Of a stretch of DNA of 64,000 nucleotides, positions 1-9,718 are shown piece by piece (position 1 is the stretch's first letter; each line of letters starts with the position of its first letter). The stretch is from Myxococcales bacterium. GTDB taxonomy: Bacteria > Myxococcota_A > Polyangia > Polyangiales > DASUME01. The translations under genes and the position numbers were made by a program. The stretch lies in contig JASGJH010000001.1 of assembly GCA_047601445.1 (NCBI GenBank), positions 3,296,001 through 3,360,000 on the forward strand. The letters are read 5' to 3'. The notes under the pieces were generated by a model. It was not told where the DNA came from, ran no database searches, and saw nothing but the letters and a program-made list of their open reading frames with translations.

Positions 1-5
1 GCAGC

Positions 6-1589
6 GTGGTCGACGCCTGGGAGAGCCAGCGCCCGTTGCACCTCAAGCTCAAGGCCGGCGACTTCGGCATTGGCCTCCGGCTCTCGCGGGAGGGTGAGCT
101 TGCCGTCTCGCTGGCAGGGGTGGGCGGCGATTCGGTGAACACCCCGACCCTCGATGTGCCGAGCGCGCTGTTGCCCATCTTGAAGCTGGCCGGCGAGCTC
201 GTGCGCTGCGTGGTCAGCGCGGACCGCGCCCAGGCCCGCAATCTGCGCCTCGGTGCCCTGCGCGACGAAGTGCGCGCCCTACGCCGCATCGTGCGCACCC
301 GCGCCGCCCAGAAGAGCTTCACCAACCGTGACGCCGAGCTCCTGCGCGCCAGCTCGAGCGGTTCCACCGGCAGCCCGGCCGACCGGCCGAGCATCGGACT
401 CGCCGGGTTGGAGAATCCAGGCAAGTTGCGCCTCAGCCTGCGCTGGCAAGCCGAGGTCGATGGACTCGACGCGAGCTCCACGTTCCTGTGCGGCGATCGA
501 CTGGTGGTCGCCACCCCACGCTCCCAGCTGGCCCTGAGCCGCGAGAACGGCGAGCTCCTGTGGGCGCGCCAAATGAACGCCAGCGCCACCCTGATGGCCG
601 GCACCTCCCTGCTCTGCGTCAGCTCCGAAGGCGACGTGGCGCTGTGTGACCTCGACGACGGCGAAGCCTACGCGCGCACCCGCATCGCGCCGCGCGTCGG
701 TGGGCAGATCTCGGGCCTGTTCGCAGGGGGCCGCAACGCGCCTCCCGTGGCGGTCATCACCGAGGGGCGAGATCGCCTGGTGGCACTCGATGTCCGCACC
801 GGCGAACCGCGTTGGCGCTTTCGTTCCCCGGGGCGCGGTGGCTTCCGCTTCACCCGCGCGGGCCGCATCCTCCTGGTGGTCTCGGGCGACAGCACGCTCG
901 ACGCCATCGACGTGGCCACCGGCGACGTGGTGTGGCGTTGGTCCGACGCCGGCCGCATGACGTTGCCTCCTGTGATCACGCGCGAATACGCCATCGCCGT
1001 CTCGGGCGCGCCCGGCTGCTCACCCGGCGCCCTGCTCTGCTTCGACCTCTTCAGCGGGAAGCTCCGCTTCCGTCGTGAGCTCTCGAGCGCGCCACTCACG
1101 AGCCCTGTGGCGACCGACTCCATGGTGGTGGTCTCGACCTACCAAAACCAGGCGCTCACGTTGTCCGCGTTCGATCTGGAAACCGGACAGGAGCGCTGGA
1201 GCAAGGAAGATCCCGGTCTCGGCGAGGGCGGCGCGCCCCTCGTGGTGGATCAGCAGCTCGTGCTGAACACCCAACTCGGCGTGGCCTACGGCCTGTCGCT
1301 CGCGGACGGCAGCGTGTCCTGGTCCCATCGCATGGCGGACCCGCTGCGGGACGACGTGCCTCGGCGCCTCGAGCCTGTGTTGCGCGGCGGCGCTCTGTTC
1401 TTGCCCTCCGCCAGTGTCCACGTGCTGCGTCCCCATGACGGCAGCGTGGTCGGCGGCACCCTGTCCGAGGGCATCATCCCGGACTTCTTGCGCGTCGACG
1501 AGCGCGGCTGGATGTACCTCGCGGAAGAGAGCGGCCACATCGAAGCGTACGCGCCGGCCCCCAACCTGCGCCTGGTCAAGGCCGTCTAG
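6..1589 (+). CDS. PQQ-like (BamB-type) beta-propeller repeat protein, 5' end probably outside window
   Basis: Repeated ALDxxTGxxxW blades (ALDVRTGEPRW, AIDVATGDVVW, AFDLETGQERW). Frame appears open to the window edge. Confidence 0.8.
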   Translation: MVDAWESQRPLHLKLKAGDFGIGLRLSREGELAVSLAGVGGDSVNTPTLDVPSALLPILKLAGELVRCVVSADRAQARNLRLGALRDEVRALRRIVRTRAAQKSFTNRDAELLRASSSGSTGSPADRPSIGLAGLENPGKLRLSLRWQAEVDGLDASSTFLCGDRLVVATPRSQLALSRENGELLWARQMNASATLMAGTSLLCVSSEGDVALCDLDDGEAYARTRIAPRVGGQISGLFAGGRNAPPVAVITEGRDRLVALDVRTGEPRWRFRSPGRGGFRFTRAGRILLVVSGDSTLDAIDVATGDVVWRWSDAGRMTLPPVITREYAIAVSGAPGCSPGALLCFDLFSGKLRFRRELSSAPLTSPVATDSMVVVSTYQNQALTLSAFDLETGQERWSKEDPGLGEGGAPLVVDQQLVLNTQLGVAYGLSLADGSVSWSHRMADPLRDDVPRRLEPVLRGGALFLPSASVHVLRPHDGSVVGGTLSEGIIPDFLRVDERGWMYLAEESGHIEAYAPAPNLRLVKAV

Positions 1590-1611
1590 CCGGCGCCGAG
1601 GCGGGCTGTCG

Positions 1612-2439
1612 CTAGCCCAGGCGCCGGTGCTTCAGGCTCGGCACCTGTCGACGCACCCGCGCCACCACCTCACTGTCCACGCCGGCCAAGGCGATCCCTT
1701 CGCCCTCGCCGCACTGCGCGAGGATGCACCCCCATGGATCCACGATCATCGCGTGGCCGTAGGAGACGCGCTTCTCCAGGTGGTGCCCCGTCTGCGCCGC
1801 CGCTAGCACGTACGACTGCGACTCGATGGCGCGCGCTTGTAGCAGGACGTGCCAGTGATCCTTGCCGGTGTGCAGCGTGAAGGCGGCCGGCACCGAGAGC
1901 GCCACCGCTCCCAGGTCCACCAACTTGCGGTACAGCTCGGGGAAGCGCAGGTCGTAGCAAATACTGAGTCCCAGCTTGCCCAGCGCGGTCTCGGTGACCA
2001 CCGGGGTATCACCCGCTTTCACGCTGGCCGATTCTTTGTGCGACGAACCATCGCTCAGGTCCACGTCGAACAAGTGGATCTTGCGATAACGCTGCTTGAG
2101 GGATCCGTCGGCACCCAGGTGCACGCTCGTGTTGTACACGCGTGGTCCCCCCTCCTCGGTGAGCTCCGTAAAGCTCCCCAGGATCAGCTCCACGCCGAAC
2201 TCCCGCGCCCAGCCCTGGCAACGCGCGAGCACCGGACCGGGCGCACCATCGAGGCTCTCCGCCAGGGCTCGCTGGCTGCCCTCGGGGCCGATCCAAGCGA
2301 AGCACTCCGGGAGCACGACTAACTTGGCGCCCGCCTGCGCCGCTCGCTTCACCAGGCGCTCCGCGCTCTCCAGGTTGTGCGCCAGATCGGGCTTGGACGT
2401 CATCTGCACGACGGCAACTTGCGTGGTGGTCATGCGCAT
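1612..2439 (-). CDS. Carbon-nitrogen hydrolase, Nit1-like (deaminated glutathione amidase)
   Basis: Nitrilase E-K-C triad motifs LPEC, YRKIHLFDV, ICYDLRFPE; also ARAIESQSYV and YGHAMIVDPWG. Confidence 0.9.
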   Translation of the reverse strand: MRMTTTQVAVVQMTSKPDLAHNLESAERLVKRAAQAGAKLVVLPECFAWIGPEGSQRALAESLDGAPGPVLARCQGWAREFGVELILGSFTELTEEGGPRVYNTSVHLGADGSLKQRYRKIHLFDVDLSDGSSHKESASVKAGDTPVVTETALGKLGLSICYDLRFPELYRKLVDLGAVALSVPAAFTLHTGKDHWHVLLQARAIESQSYVLAAAQTGHHLEKRVSYGHAMIVDPWGCILAQCGEGEGIALAGVDSEVVARVRRQVPSLKHRRLG

Positions 2440-2502
2440 CTTGTACCACCCGTTTTGCCGCCTGGCCCTCGCTCCACTTGCGCTGGCTTGCGCGGCTCGG
2501 TA

Positions 2503-2520
2503 AATGAATGTTCATTCATT
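2503..2520. promoter_or_regulatory. Palindromic operator AATGAATG-TT-CATTCATT, TetR/FadR-like
   Basis: Perfect 8-bp inverted repeat, AT-rich in a GC-rich background, between divergent nitrilase and acyl-CoA dehydrogenase genes. Confidence 0.7.
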
Positions 2521-2584
2521 CTCGGACTCCTGGTGGCCCTTCAAGCGAAGCCCCGAGGAGGCGGGACAAGCCGGGACCTGTGCC

Positions 2585-3757
2585 ATGCCGAAGAGCCATT
2601 TCAGCGAAGAGCATCAGCTTTTTCGCAAGCAAGTTCGCACCTTTGTCGAGCAGGAGCTGCTCCCGCACGCGGACGCCTGGGAGGCCGCAGAGATCTTCCC
2701 GCGCAGCGTCTTTGAACGCGCTGGAGCGCTCGGCATCATCGGTGCTCACTATCCGGAGTCAGTGGGTGGCGGTGGCGGCGACTTCTGGTTCAGCGTCGCC
2801 AAGGCCGAGGAGCTCAGTGCGTGCGGGTCGGCCGGTGTCGCGCTGGCGCTGTTGGTGCAGAGCGACATGGCCACGCCCATCATCTGGAAGCTCGGCTCGG
2901 ACTACCACAAGCGTGAGTTCCTGGAGCCCGCCCTGCGCGGCGAGAAGATCGGCGCCATCGGCGTCACGGAGCCCAACGCGGGCTCGGACGTCTCGGGCAT
3001 CCGCACCACGGCCAAGCTCGACGGCGACCACTACGTGATCAACGGGTCCAAGACCTTCATCACGAACGGCACGCGCTGCGACTTCATCACGCTGCTGGCG
3101 AAGACCGATGCTGCGGCCGGTCACCACGGCATCAGCATGTTCACCTTCCCGACCCAGACCAACGGCTTCTCGGTCTCCAAGAAGCTCAAGAAGCTCGGCA
3201 ATATCGCGAGCGACACGGCGGAGCTCTTCTTCGAGGACTGCCGGGTGCCCAAGCAGTGCCTGCTCGGTCAGGAGGGCATGGGCTTCATCTACCTGATGCA
3301 GAACTTCCAGTCCGAGCGCCTGATCGGGGCGGTGTCTTCGCTGGCCTCGGCGCGGCGCGCGCTCGACCGCAGCGTGTCTTACGGGCGCGATCGCTCGGCC
3401 TTCGGAAAGCCGCTGATCAAGCGCGAGGTGTGGCAGCACAAGTTCGTCGATCTCTACACCAAGCTCGAAGCCGCCCAGGCGCTCACGTACCGGGCCTGCG
3501 AGTACTACAACGAAGACGTATACGAGAAGGGTGGCATGCCCTCGCTCGAGACCGGCAAGCTCGTGAGCATGTCCAAGTTGCTGGCCGGCGACGTGGTGGA
3601 CGAGGTGATGGACGCCTGCATGCAGTTCCATGGCGGCATGGGCTACCTCGAGGACTTCTGGGTCGCGCGCGCCTGGCGCGATGCTCGCCTGCTGCGCATC
3701 GGCGGGGGCGCCAGCGAGGTGCTGCGCTACCTGATCGCGAAGGTGATGAACTTCTAG
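2585..3757 (+). CDS. Acyl-CoA dehydrogenase
   Basis: IGAIGVTEPNAGSD, INGSKTFITNG, QFHGGMGY and RDARLLRIGGGASE motifs. ATG at 2585 preferred over 2504. Confidence 0.95.
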   Translation: MPKSHFSEEHQLFRKQVRTFVEQELLPHADAWEAAEIFPRSVFERAGALGIIGAHYPESVGGGGGDFWFSVAKAEELSACGSAGVALALLVQSDMATPIIWKLGSDYHKREFLEPALRGEKIGAIGVTEPNAGSDVSGIRTTAKLDGDHYVINGSKTFITNGTRCDFITLLAKTDAAAGHHGISMFTFPTQTNGFSVSKKLKKLGNIASDTAELFFEDCRVPKQCLLGQEGMGFIYLMQNFQSERLIGAVSSLASARRALDRSVSYGRDRSAFGKPLIKREVWQHKFVDLYTKLEAAQALTYRACEYYNEDVYEKGGMPSLETGKLVSMSKLLAGDVVDEVMDACMQFHGGMGYLEDFWVARAWRDARLLRIGGGASEVLRYLIAKVMNF

Positions 3758-3777
3758 CAGAGCGCCGTTCGAGTAAG

Positions 3778-3891
3778 TCTGGCTCGTACGCGTACGCGTG
3801 CCCGTAAACGATTCGGGCTCTCCACGGTCCGCAAGCGGCACACAGCCGCTCAGATCGTCGAGCTCGGGCACGGGCACGCGTACGACCCAGA
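3778..3891. repeat. Intergenic palindromic (REP-like) element
   Basis: CGTACGCGTGCCCGT (3791-3805) and its perfect reverse complement ACGGGCACGCGTACG (3870-3884). Internal AGCGGC/GCCGCT hairpin. Confidence 0.7.
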
Positions 3892-3934
3892 TCCCGCAGG
3901 AGAGTGGCTGGCCGCGGTTACCCCTGCCCCCGGC

Positions 3935-3963
3935 TTGACAAGGGGGGACTCGCCTCCGATGCT
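3935..3963 (+). promoter_or_regulatory. Putative sigma70-type promoter for the fliO operon
   Basis: TTGACA-N17-GATGCT ending 10 nt before ATG 3974. The -10 is imperfect. Confidence 0.45.
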
Positions 3964-3973
3964 CCGCCCGCAG

Positions 3974-4300
3974 ATGGGGCTATTGCTCGAGGCAAGCCAG
4001 CCAACCTCCCCGGTCGCTACCCACGGCGCTGAACTCGCGAGCCTGCTGCAGGTCGTGGTGGCGCTACTCGTGGTGTCCGCGCTCGCCTATGGCGTGTTGC
4101 GCGTGCTTGCGCGGCGAGGTTTCGGACGCCTGCCGAGCCAGGGCTCCCTGCGCGTGGAGCAGCGCTTGAACCTCGATAGCCAGGGCGACTTGTTGGTCGT
4201 GCGCGTGGAGGGACGCCGCCTGCTGCTCGCTGCTCAGCGGGGCGCGCCGGCGCGCTTGATCGCAGAGCTCGGACCTGCACCCGAGGGAACAGAGCCATGA
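3974..4300 (+). CDS. fliO: FliO-like export-gate assembly protein
   Basis: One TM helix then LRVEQRLNL...LLVVRVEGRRLLLA...RLIAEL, the FliO pattern. ATGA overlap with fliP/sctR. Confidence 0.7.
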   Translation: MGLLLEASQPTSPVATHGAELASLLQVVVALLVVSALAYGVLRVLARRGFGRLPSQGSLRVEQRLNLDSQGDLLVVRVEGRRLLLAAQRGAPARLIAELGPAPEGTEP

Positions 4301-4920
4301 ACTCCCTGCTCGAAGCTGGAAGCCTGTCGGGGGCGCTCGGACTCGTGGCCCTGGCGTTGATCCCGGTGGCGCTCGTCACGCTGACGTCGTTCGCGAAGAT
4401 CTCCGTGGTGTTCTCCGCGCTGCGCAACGCGCTGGGCACGCCCGACGTTCCTTCGGGCACCGTGATCACCGCGCTCGCGCTGGCCCTCTCGGTGTACGTG
4501 ATGGCCCCGGTGGTGGAGCGCATCGAGGTCGACAAGCTCACGGCCCAGAGCGACCTGAGCGCGCTGTTCGCGCGCGCTAGCGAGCCGCTGCGCTCGTTCC
4601 TGGCCCGCAATGCTGGCGAGCGGGAGACCAAGCTATTCGTGGATCTCGCCAAGGAGCGCGGCGAGGTCGCGACGGCCTCGGACCTGCGGGTGCTGTGGGC
4701 GAGCTTTGCCATCACGGAGCTCAAGCGGGCCTTTCAGCTCGGGTTCTTCGTGTTCTTGCCGTTCTTGGTGCTCGATCTCGTGGTGGCGCAGATCCTGCTG
4801 ACGCTGGGCATGAACGGGCTGACACCGAGCGCGGTGGCCCTGCCCTTCAAGCTGTTGCTCTTCGTGAGCGTGGATGGGTTCCTGCTGGTGAGTCGTGCCT
4901 TGATCCTCGGATACGCATGA
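4297..4920 (+). CDS. fliP: Type III export-gate protein, FliP/SctR family
   Basis: TSFAKISVVFSALRNALG, AFQLGFFVFLPFLVLDLVVAQILLTLGM, ALPFKLLLFVSVDG. Short (207 aa) with no signal peptide, so SctR-like. Confidence 0.9.
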   Translation: MNSLLEAGSLSGALGLVALALIPVALVTLTSFAKISVVFSALRNALGTPDVPSGTVITALALALSVYVMAPVVERIEVDKLTAQSDLSALFARASEPLRSFLARNAGERETKLFVDLAKERGEVATASDLRVLWASFAITELKRAFQLGFFVFLPFLVLDLVVAQILLTLGMNGLTPSAVALPFKLLLFVSVDGFLLVSRALILGYA

Positions 4921-5981
4921 TGCGCCGGCTGGTCGGACTCGATGTGGCGCGCGGGCTCGCGGTGGTCTTGATGATTCAGACGCACGCCTACGATGCCTGG
5001 GTCGTCCCCAGCGAACGCGCCTCCAGCTGGTTCGGGTTCACCCGCTTGCTGGGCACCCTGCCCCTGCCGCTGTTCCTCTGCATCGCGGGCTTGAACGTGG
5101 GGCAGCGTGTGGTCCGCATGGCCGAGCTCGGCCGTCCCAACGGGCAACTCCAGCGTGAGCTCCTGCAGCAGGCAGGCCGGGTGCTCGCCGCGGGCTACGG
5201 ACTCAATGTCCTGTACGCCTGCCTGGATGGATACACGGGCCTCGCGACCTTCCTACGCATCGACGTGCTCCATTGCATCGGGCTCAGCGTGGCACTGCTC
5301 GCGGCATGCCTCGGCGGTGGACCGACCATCCGTCCGCGCGCGTTCGCCACACGTTGCTTCGCCGGGGGAGCGTTCGTGCTCCTGGCCTGTCCCACGCTGA
5401 CGCGGCTCGCGCAGCCCGCTGCCGGCTCGGCCTGGCACTACCTGTTGGCCCCCTGGTTGGAGCTTCGAGGTACGCACTCCATGCCGGTGATCCCGCTCTT
5501 CTTCTTCGCGGCCAGCCTGGCAGCGCTGGGGGCGAACCTGTCTCCGTCTCGGCTTGTGGACGGGCGCGCCCTGGCGGCCGGTGCCGGCCTGGCGCTGCCG
5601 CTGGTGGCGCTCGGACTGGCCGGCGAAGCTTGGCTGGCCGCGCACGGCATGGCCCCGAGCCGCACCAATCCAGGCATCTGGTTCAACGCGCTGGGACTCC
5701 TGGGCCGCGCTGGTTGGGTGCTGGGGCTCACGCTTCTGCTCGCCCGCAGACGTGTCCGCGACGTCCCCGTGCTGAGCCTGTTGGGGCGTCACTCGCTGCT
5801 ACTCTACGGACTCCATTTGCCCCTCTGTTATGGGCGCCTCGCAGGGGCATTGAAGCGCTCGTCGAGCCTCGCCACTGCCAGCTTGTGGCTCCTGGGGCTG
5901 GTCGTACTGTGCTGGCTCGTGGCGTGGCTGCGCGAAGGTCACGCACGGACAGCGTCCCCCGCGTTATCCTTGGGCTCGTGA
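4917..5981 (+). CDS. DUF1624/HGSNAT-like membrane acyltransferase
   Basis: RLVGLDVARGLAVVLMIQTH N-terminus, IDVLHCIG, LGRHSLLLYGLH; many TM helices. Confidence 0.8.
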   Translation: MMRRLVGLDVARGLAVVLMIQTHAYDAWVVPSERASSWFGFTRLLGTLPLPLFLCIAGLNVGQRVVRMAELGRPNGQLQRELLQQAGRVLAAGYGLNVLYACLDGYTGLATFLRIDVLHCIGLSVALLAACLGGGPTIRPRAFATRCFAGGAFVLLACPTLTRLAQPAAGSAWHYLLAPWLELRGTHSMPVIPLFFFAASLAALGANLSPSRLVDGRALAAGAGLALPLVALGLAGEAWLAAHGMAPSRTNPGIWFNALGLLGRAGWVLGLTLLLARRRVRDVPVLSLLGRHSLLLYGLHLPLCYGRLAGALKRSSSLATASLWLLGLVVLCWLVAWLREGHARTASPALSLGS

Positions 5982-7114
5982 GGGCAAGGCCCGTACGCCG
6001 ACATCGCATCCGCGACCGCGCGCGCTCCACGGGCAACCGTGTCAGCCTGCTCCACGACGGCGAACAGGCGCTCCCGGCCATGTTGCAAGCCATTCGCGCG
6101 GCCGAGTACGAGATCTTGCTCGAGATGTACTGGTTCGACTCCGACCGCACGGGCCGTGAGTTCGCGGAAGCCCTGATGGAGCGTTCCCGCGCCGGAGTCT
6201 GCGTGCGGGTGATCTACGACGCCGTGGGCAGCATCGAAGCCGACGCCGAGATGTTCGACTTGATGCGCACGGCCGGTTGCGAGATCTTCGAGTTCAACCC
6301 CATCGCGCCCTGGCGCCAGCGTTTCAGCTTCGGTCGTCTCAATCAGCGCGATCACCGCAAGCTGCTGGTGGTCGACGGGCGCGTGGCGATCACGGGCGGC
6401 TTCAACATCGCCGACCACTGGGCGCCCAAGCACGCGGGCGGCGGTGGCTTTCGTGACGACGGCATTCAGCTGGTCGGGGCCGCGGCTGGTGAGCTGCGCG
6501 ACCTCTTCTATCGCACCTTCCCCAAGCCCGCGCTCCCACTGCCCGCCATGTCTCCGGAGCTCGGCGACACCGAGGTCACCGTGCTGGCGAACGACCTCTT
6601 GGCCGAGCGGCGCGGCATCTACGACGGCTACGTGAACGCCATCGCCAAGGCCACGCGCTACATCATCATCTGCAATAGCTACTTCATCCCCTCGAGTCGG
6701 GTGCGCAAGGCGTTGGCGCGGGCCGTAATGCGGGGCGTCCGCGTGCGCGTGCTCGTTCCGCGCGACACGGACGTCAAGGTGGCTCAGCTGGCCAGCCGGC
6801 ATCTCTACGGGCGTCTGCTCTCGTCCGGTGTCGAGGTCAACGAGTGGCGAGGCGGCGTGCTGCACTCGAAGACGGCCGTCATCGACGACTCCTGGTGCAC
6901 CGTCGGCAGCTTCAATTTCGATGCACGCTCGATTCACAACAATCTGGAGCTGAACGTGGCCATGGAGAGCCCGCCGGTGGCCACCGCGCTGCGCACTCGC
7001 GTGGAGATGGACCTGGCAGACTCGGTGGCCATCGATCTCGACAAGTGGAGCAAGCGCAGCTTCGTGATCCGCCTCATCGAGCGCTTCTTCTTCTCCCTGC
7101 GCTGGCTGCTCTAG
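5978..7114 (+). CDS. clsB: Cardiolipin synthase ClsB-like phospholipase D
   Basis: Two HKD motifs (HRKLLVVD, HSKTAVID), GNRVSLLHDG, GSFNFDARS. No N-terminal TM. GTGA overlap. Confidence 0.85.
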   Translation: MRARPVRRHRIRDRARSTGNRVSLLHDGEQALPAMLQAIRAAEYEILLEMYWFDSDRTGREFAEALMERSRAGVCVRVIYDAVGSIEADAEMFDLMRTAGCEIFEFNPIAPWRQRFSFGRLNQRDHRKLLVVDGRVAITGGFNIADHWAPKHAGGGGFRDDGIQLVGAAAGELRDLFYRTFPKPALPLPAMSPELGDTEVTVLANDLLAERRGIYDGYVNAIAKATRYIIICNSYFIPSSRVRKALARAVMRGVRVRVLVPRDTDVKVAQLASRHLYGRLLSSGVEVNEWRGGVLHSKTAVIDDSWCTVGSFNFDARSIHNNLELNVAMESPPVATALRTRVEMDLADSVAIDLDKWSKRSFVIRLIERFFFSLRWLL

Positions 7115-7270
7115 GGGCAAGACCAGCCCGAGCAGGTCGTGTCGGGCCGACGGCGCCCCGATCTTCAAAGTTTCCTAAGCGTCGGAAGAGCAGCGCAGAG
7201 CAGCCCGGGCGGCTCCGTAAATCACGCCAGCAGCAGGCACCCACCCCCCCCGCCGCTGCAGGAGAGAGTC

Positions 7271-7933
7271 GTGATCAAGAGTCGAGTGGCCTTTGGCGTT
7301 TCCTTGTTCGTGTCGATGTTGGGCGTCGCCTGCGGAGATAGCGAAGGTGGCCCCAAGGGCGCGAGCTGCGAGGCGGTGTGCGAGCGCATCGAGGACCCCC
7401 AATGCGGCAACGCTGCCCCGAACTGCGTCGCGCAGTGCAAGGAAGAGAAGCTCAACACGCCCACGGATTGCCAATCCGAGATCGACGCGCTCACGTCTTG
7501 CTTCGCCGGCGCAACCTTTCACTGCGACGGCGATGACGTGCCGCAGGCAGACGCCTGCAAACCCGAGCTCGATCGCTGGATCGCGTGCTCCGAGCAGCCC
7601 AGCACCCCGGACGACGGCGACGACGAGACGGGCGGTGATGGCCCCCAATCCGGCGGCGAATCCCCCGGCGACCACGGTGAGCATGAGCAGAATCAGTGCG
7701 GTGCGAGCCCCGCCGACGACGCCTGCGACAGCTGCTTGAAGGGCACTTGTTGCGACGAGACCTCGGCCTGCGGACCGGCCTGCCAACGCATCGCGGACTG
7801 CGTGGATACGTGCGCCGATGACGACTGCATCGATGAATGCGTCAATGACAACCTGGACGGCGCCTACCAGTTCTCCCAGCTAGCTACCTGCATGGTCCAG
7901 AGCTGCGCCGGCAGCTGCAACTTGGGCTCGTGA
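7271..7933 (+). CDS. Cys-rich lipoprotein
   Basis: Signal peptide with lipobox GVAC; two Cys-rich helical modules joined by an acidic Gly-rich linker. Confidence 0.75.
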   Translation: MIKSRVAFGVSLFVSMLGVACGDSEGGPKGASCEAVCERIEDPQCGNAAPNCVAQCKEEKLNTPTDCQSEIDALTSCFAGATFHCDGDDVPQADACKPELDRWIACSEQPSTPDDGDDETGGDGPQSGGESPGDHGEHEQNQCGASPADDACDSCLKGTCCDETSACGPACQRIADCVDTCADDDCIDECVNDNLDGAYQFSQLATCMVQSCAGSCNLGS

Positions 7934-7958
7934 ACGGGCGGAAGCGGCGTCGCTGCGC

Positions 7959-9431
7959 TCAGGCTGCGCCGCCCTCGAGCTCCGCCTCGGCTGCGAGCGC
8001 AGGCGGCGGGTAGCTGTGATACTGGAGGATCGAACGGTTGAGCACCCGCAGCTCGTCGAGCTTCGCGAAGAGTCGAAGCGACAGAGGCGCACATACCGTG
8101 AAGGCCACGGCCGGAGACAGCGGCAGCCTCCGCAAGAGCCACAGTGAGATGCCCGCCAGCAGACACACTCCCAGCGGAAGGACCACGGTCACCAGGAGCT
8201 CGTAGCTGCGCTTCTTGAAGCCGACCTGGGGCAAGTTCCCGCGCGGCTGCGCGCCAAACAGGCGATGGCTGCTCGCCGCTCCCACCGCGCGCCGACACGC
8301 CACCAGCAGGGCCAGTACCACCAACCAGGGCAGCGCCTGCAGAACCCAGGAGCCTTCCACGGGGATCCCGAGCGCGGATAGCGGGCGCACCTGCCAGCTC
8401 AAGCGAGCGCGCACGGTCTCCAGCGCGGGCGTGGGCGCGAGCGGCGCGAGTTCCTGCCACAGGTCGGCTGCGTGCAGCGCCGGAAACGAGGCCTGCGCAC
8501 CCGGGATGACCAGGGGTGGCAGGCTCACCAGACGCCGCTCGAGCTCCACCGCCAGCGTCAGCTCGCGGGGCTCGGCCGGAGGCCCCTCGAGGCTCACGCG
8601 CAGCCGCGCAAAGCGGGGAAGTTCTGCCCCTGCCTCGCGCATGGGTGCCGCGGCACTCCCCTGCATCACCTGCTCGGCCAGCGCCTCGTAGCGCGTCTGC
8701 AGCGCCTCGTAGACCGCCGCCTTCTCGTCCCGCTGCTGCAGGGCGGTGGTCAAGAGCTCGCGGAACTTGTCCGTGGAGCGCGAGCGCCGCTTCTTGCGGG
8801 CTTCCACGCGCTTCTCTGCGAACTCCCGCCTGCGCTCGGCACGTTCGAGGCCGACTCGCGCTTCGGCCACCTCGCGCTCGAGCTCCCGCACCTCGAACTC
8901 CCGCTGCACGTCCTCGGCGCCCAGCTCGGCCGCCTCGAGCACCGCACCTGTGATGGTGGGGGTTCCCGTCGCGCCCAGGCGTGCCAGGCGAAACGCGAGC
9001 GCCGCCTGCACCGCATCGGCCCGCGGCAACGCGACCTCGGCTTGGGCTGCTCCCTGGCTCTGCGCGCTCACATCCCCCAGGCTCACGAGCCGGAGGTTCG
9101 CCAGCGGCGCCAGGGCCGGGGCGCCGTCGGCGACCTGCCAGCGTGCCCGCACCTTCCCGCTCCGCTCCCGGAGTGCGCCGCGCGCGGCCTCCGGGCCCGG
9201 CGCCGGCGCCGCGAGCTCCTGCAGCGGAACCTGCGCGAATTGCATGGCCTGGGCGCGACGCGTCTGCTCCGTGGCCGCCAGGTCGACGCTCCGCTGGAAC
9301 TCGGAGAGCTCGGCATAGCCACGCGCCACGCGCGCGTCACCGGGGCGAGGCAAACAGATCGGTAGCACCGCGAGGGTGACGAATAGGAGGCCAATCAGAC
9401 CGCGGTGGGCAGCTAGGAGTCGCGCTTCCAT
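7959..9431 (-). CDS. Hypothetical membrane protein with central coiled coil
   Basis: N-terminal TM, charged heptad region (EVRELEREVAEARVGLERAERRREFAE), three C-terminal TM segments. Start estimated at ATG 9431. Confidence 0.65.
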   Translation of the reverse strand: MEARLLAAHRGLIGLLFVTLAVLPICLPRPGDARVARGYAELSEFQRSVDLAATEQTRRAQAMQFAQVPLQELAAPAPGPEAARGALRERSGKVRARWQVADGAPALAPLANLRLVSLGDVSAQSQGAAQAEVALPRADAVQAALAFRLARLGATGTPTITGAVLEAAELGAEDVQREFEVRELEREVAEARVGLERAERRREFAEKRVEARKKRRSRSTDKFRELLTTALQQRDEKAAVYEALQTRYEALAEQVMQGSAAAPMREAGAELPRFARLRVSLEGPPAEPRELTLAVELERRLVSLPPLVIPGAQASFPALHAADLWQELAPLAPTPALETVRARLSWQVRPLSALGIPVEGSWVLQALPWLVVLALLVACRRAVGAASSHRLFGAQPRGNLPQVGFKKRSYELLVTVVLPLGVCLLAGISLWLLRRLPLSPAVAFTVCAPLSLRLFAKLDELRVLNRSILQYHSYPPPALAAEAELEGGAA

Positions 9432-9718
9432 GCGGTCGTCAGCATGCCCAAGCCGGCGCGCGGGTGAAAGAGCCTCACGCGGGTTTGGCGATGAAAAATA
9501 CCCACAAAATGCGGGCAAACAGTCGAACTGCGCCGTCGCACGCGACGCAATCGGAACTTTCCGCCGGCACGCGACCGCGCCATGTGCGCGGCACCTGTTG
9601 CCACCTGCCGTGCAACACAAATCACGCCGTTGTGACGCAGGCGTCAGCCCGGACAAATCTCGGAAAACGCTACGTGCCGGGTATTGCGAAATTGCCGCTC
9701 AAGTCCCACAAAAAGCCC

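Noticed and set aside
5273..5977. Long N-terminal extension of the clsB ORF (similar extensions at 4695, 12870, 14219, 30278, 40088, 54911, 58388)
   Set aside because: They overlap real upstream genes. Internal starts with stop/start overlaps or an RBS fit better.
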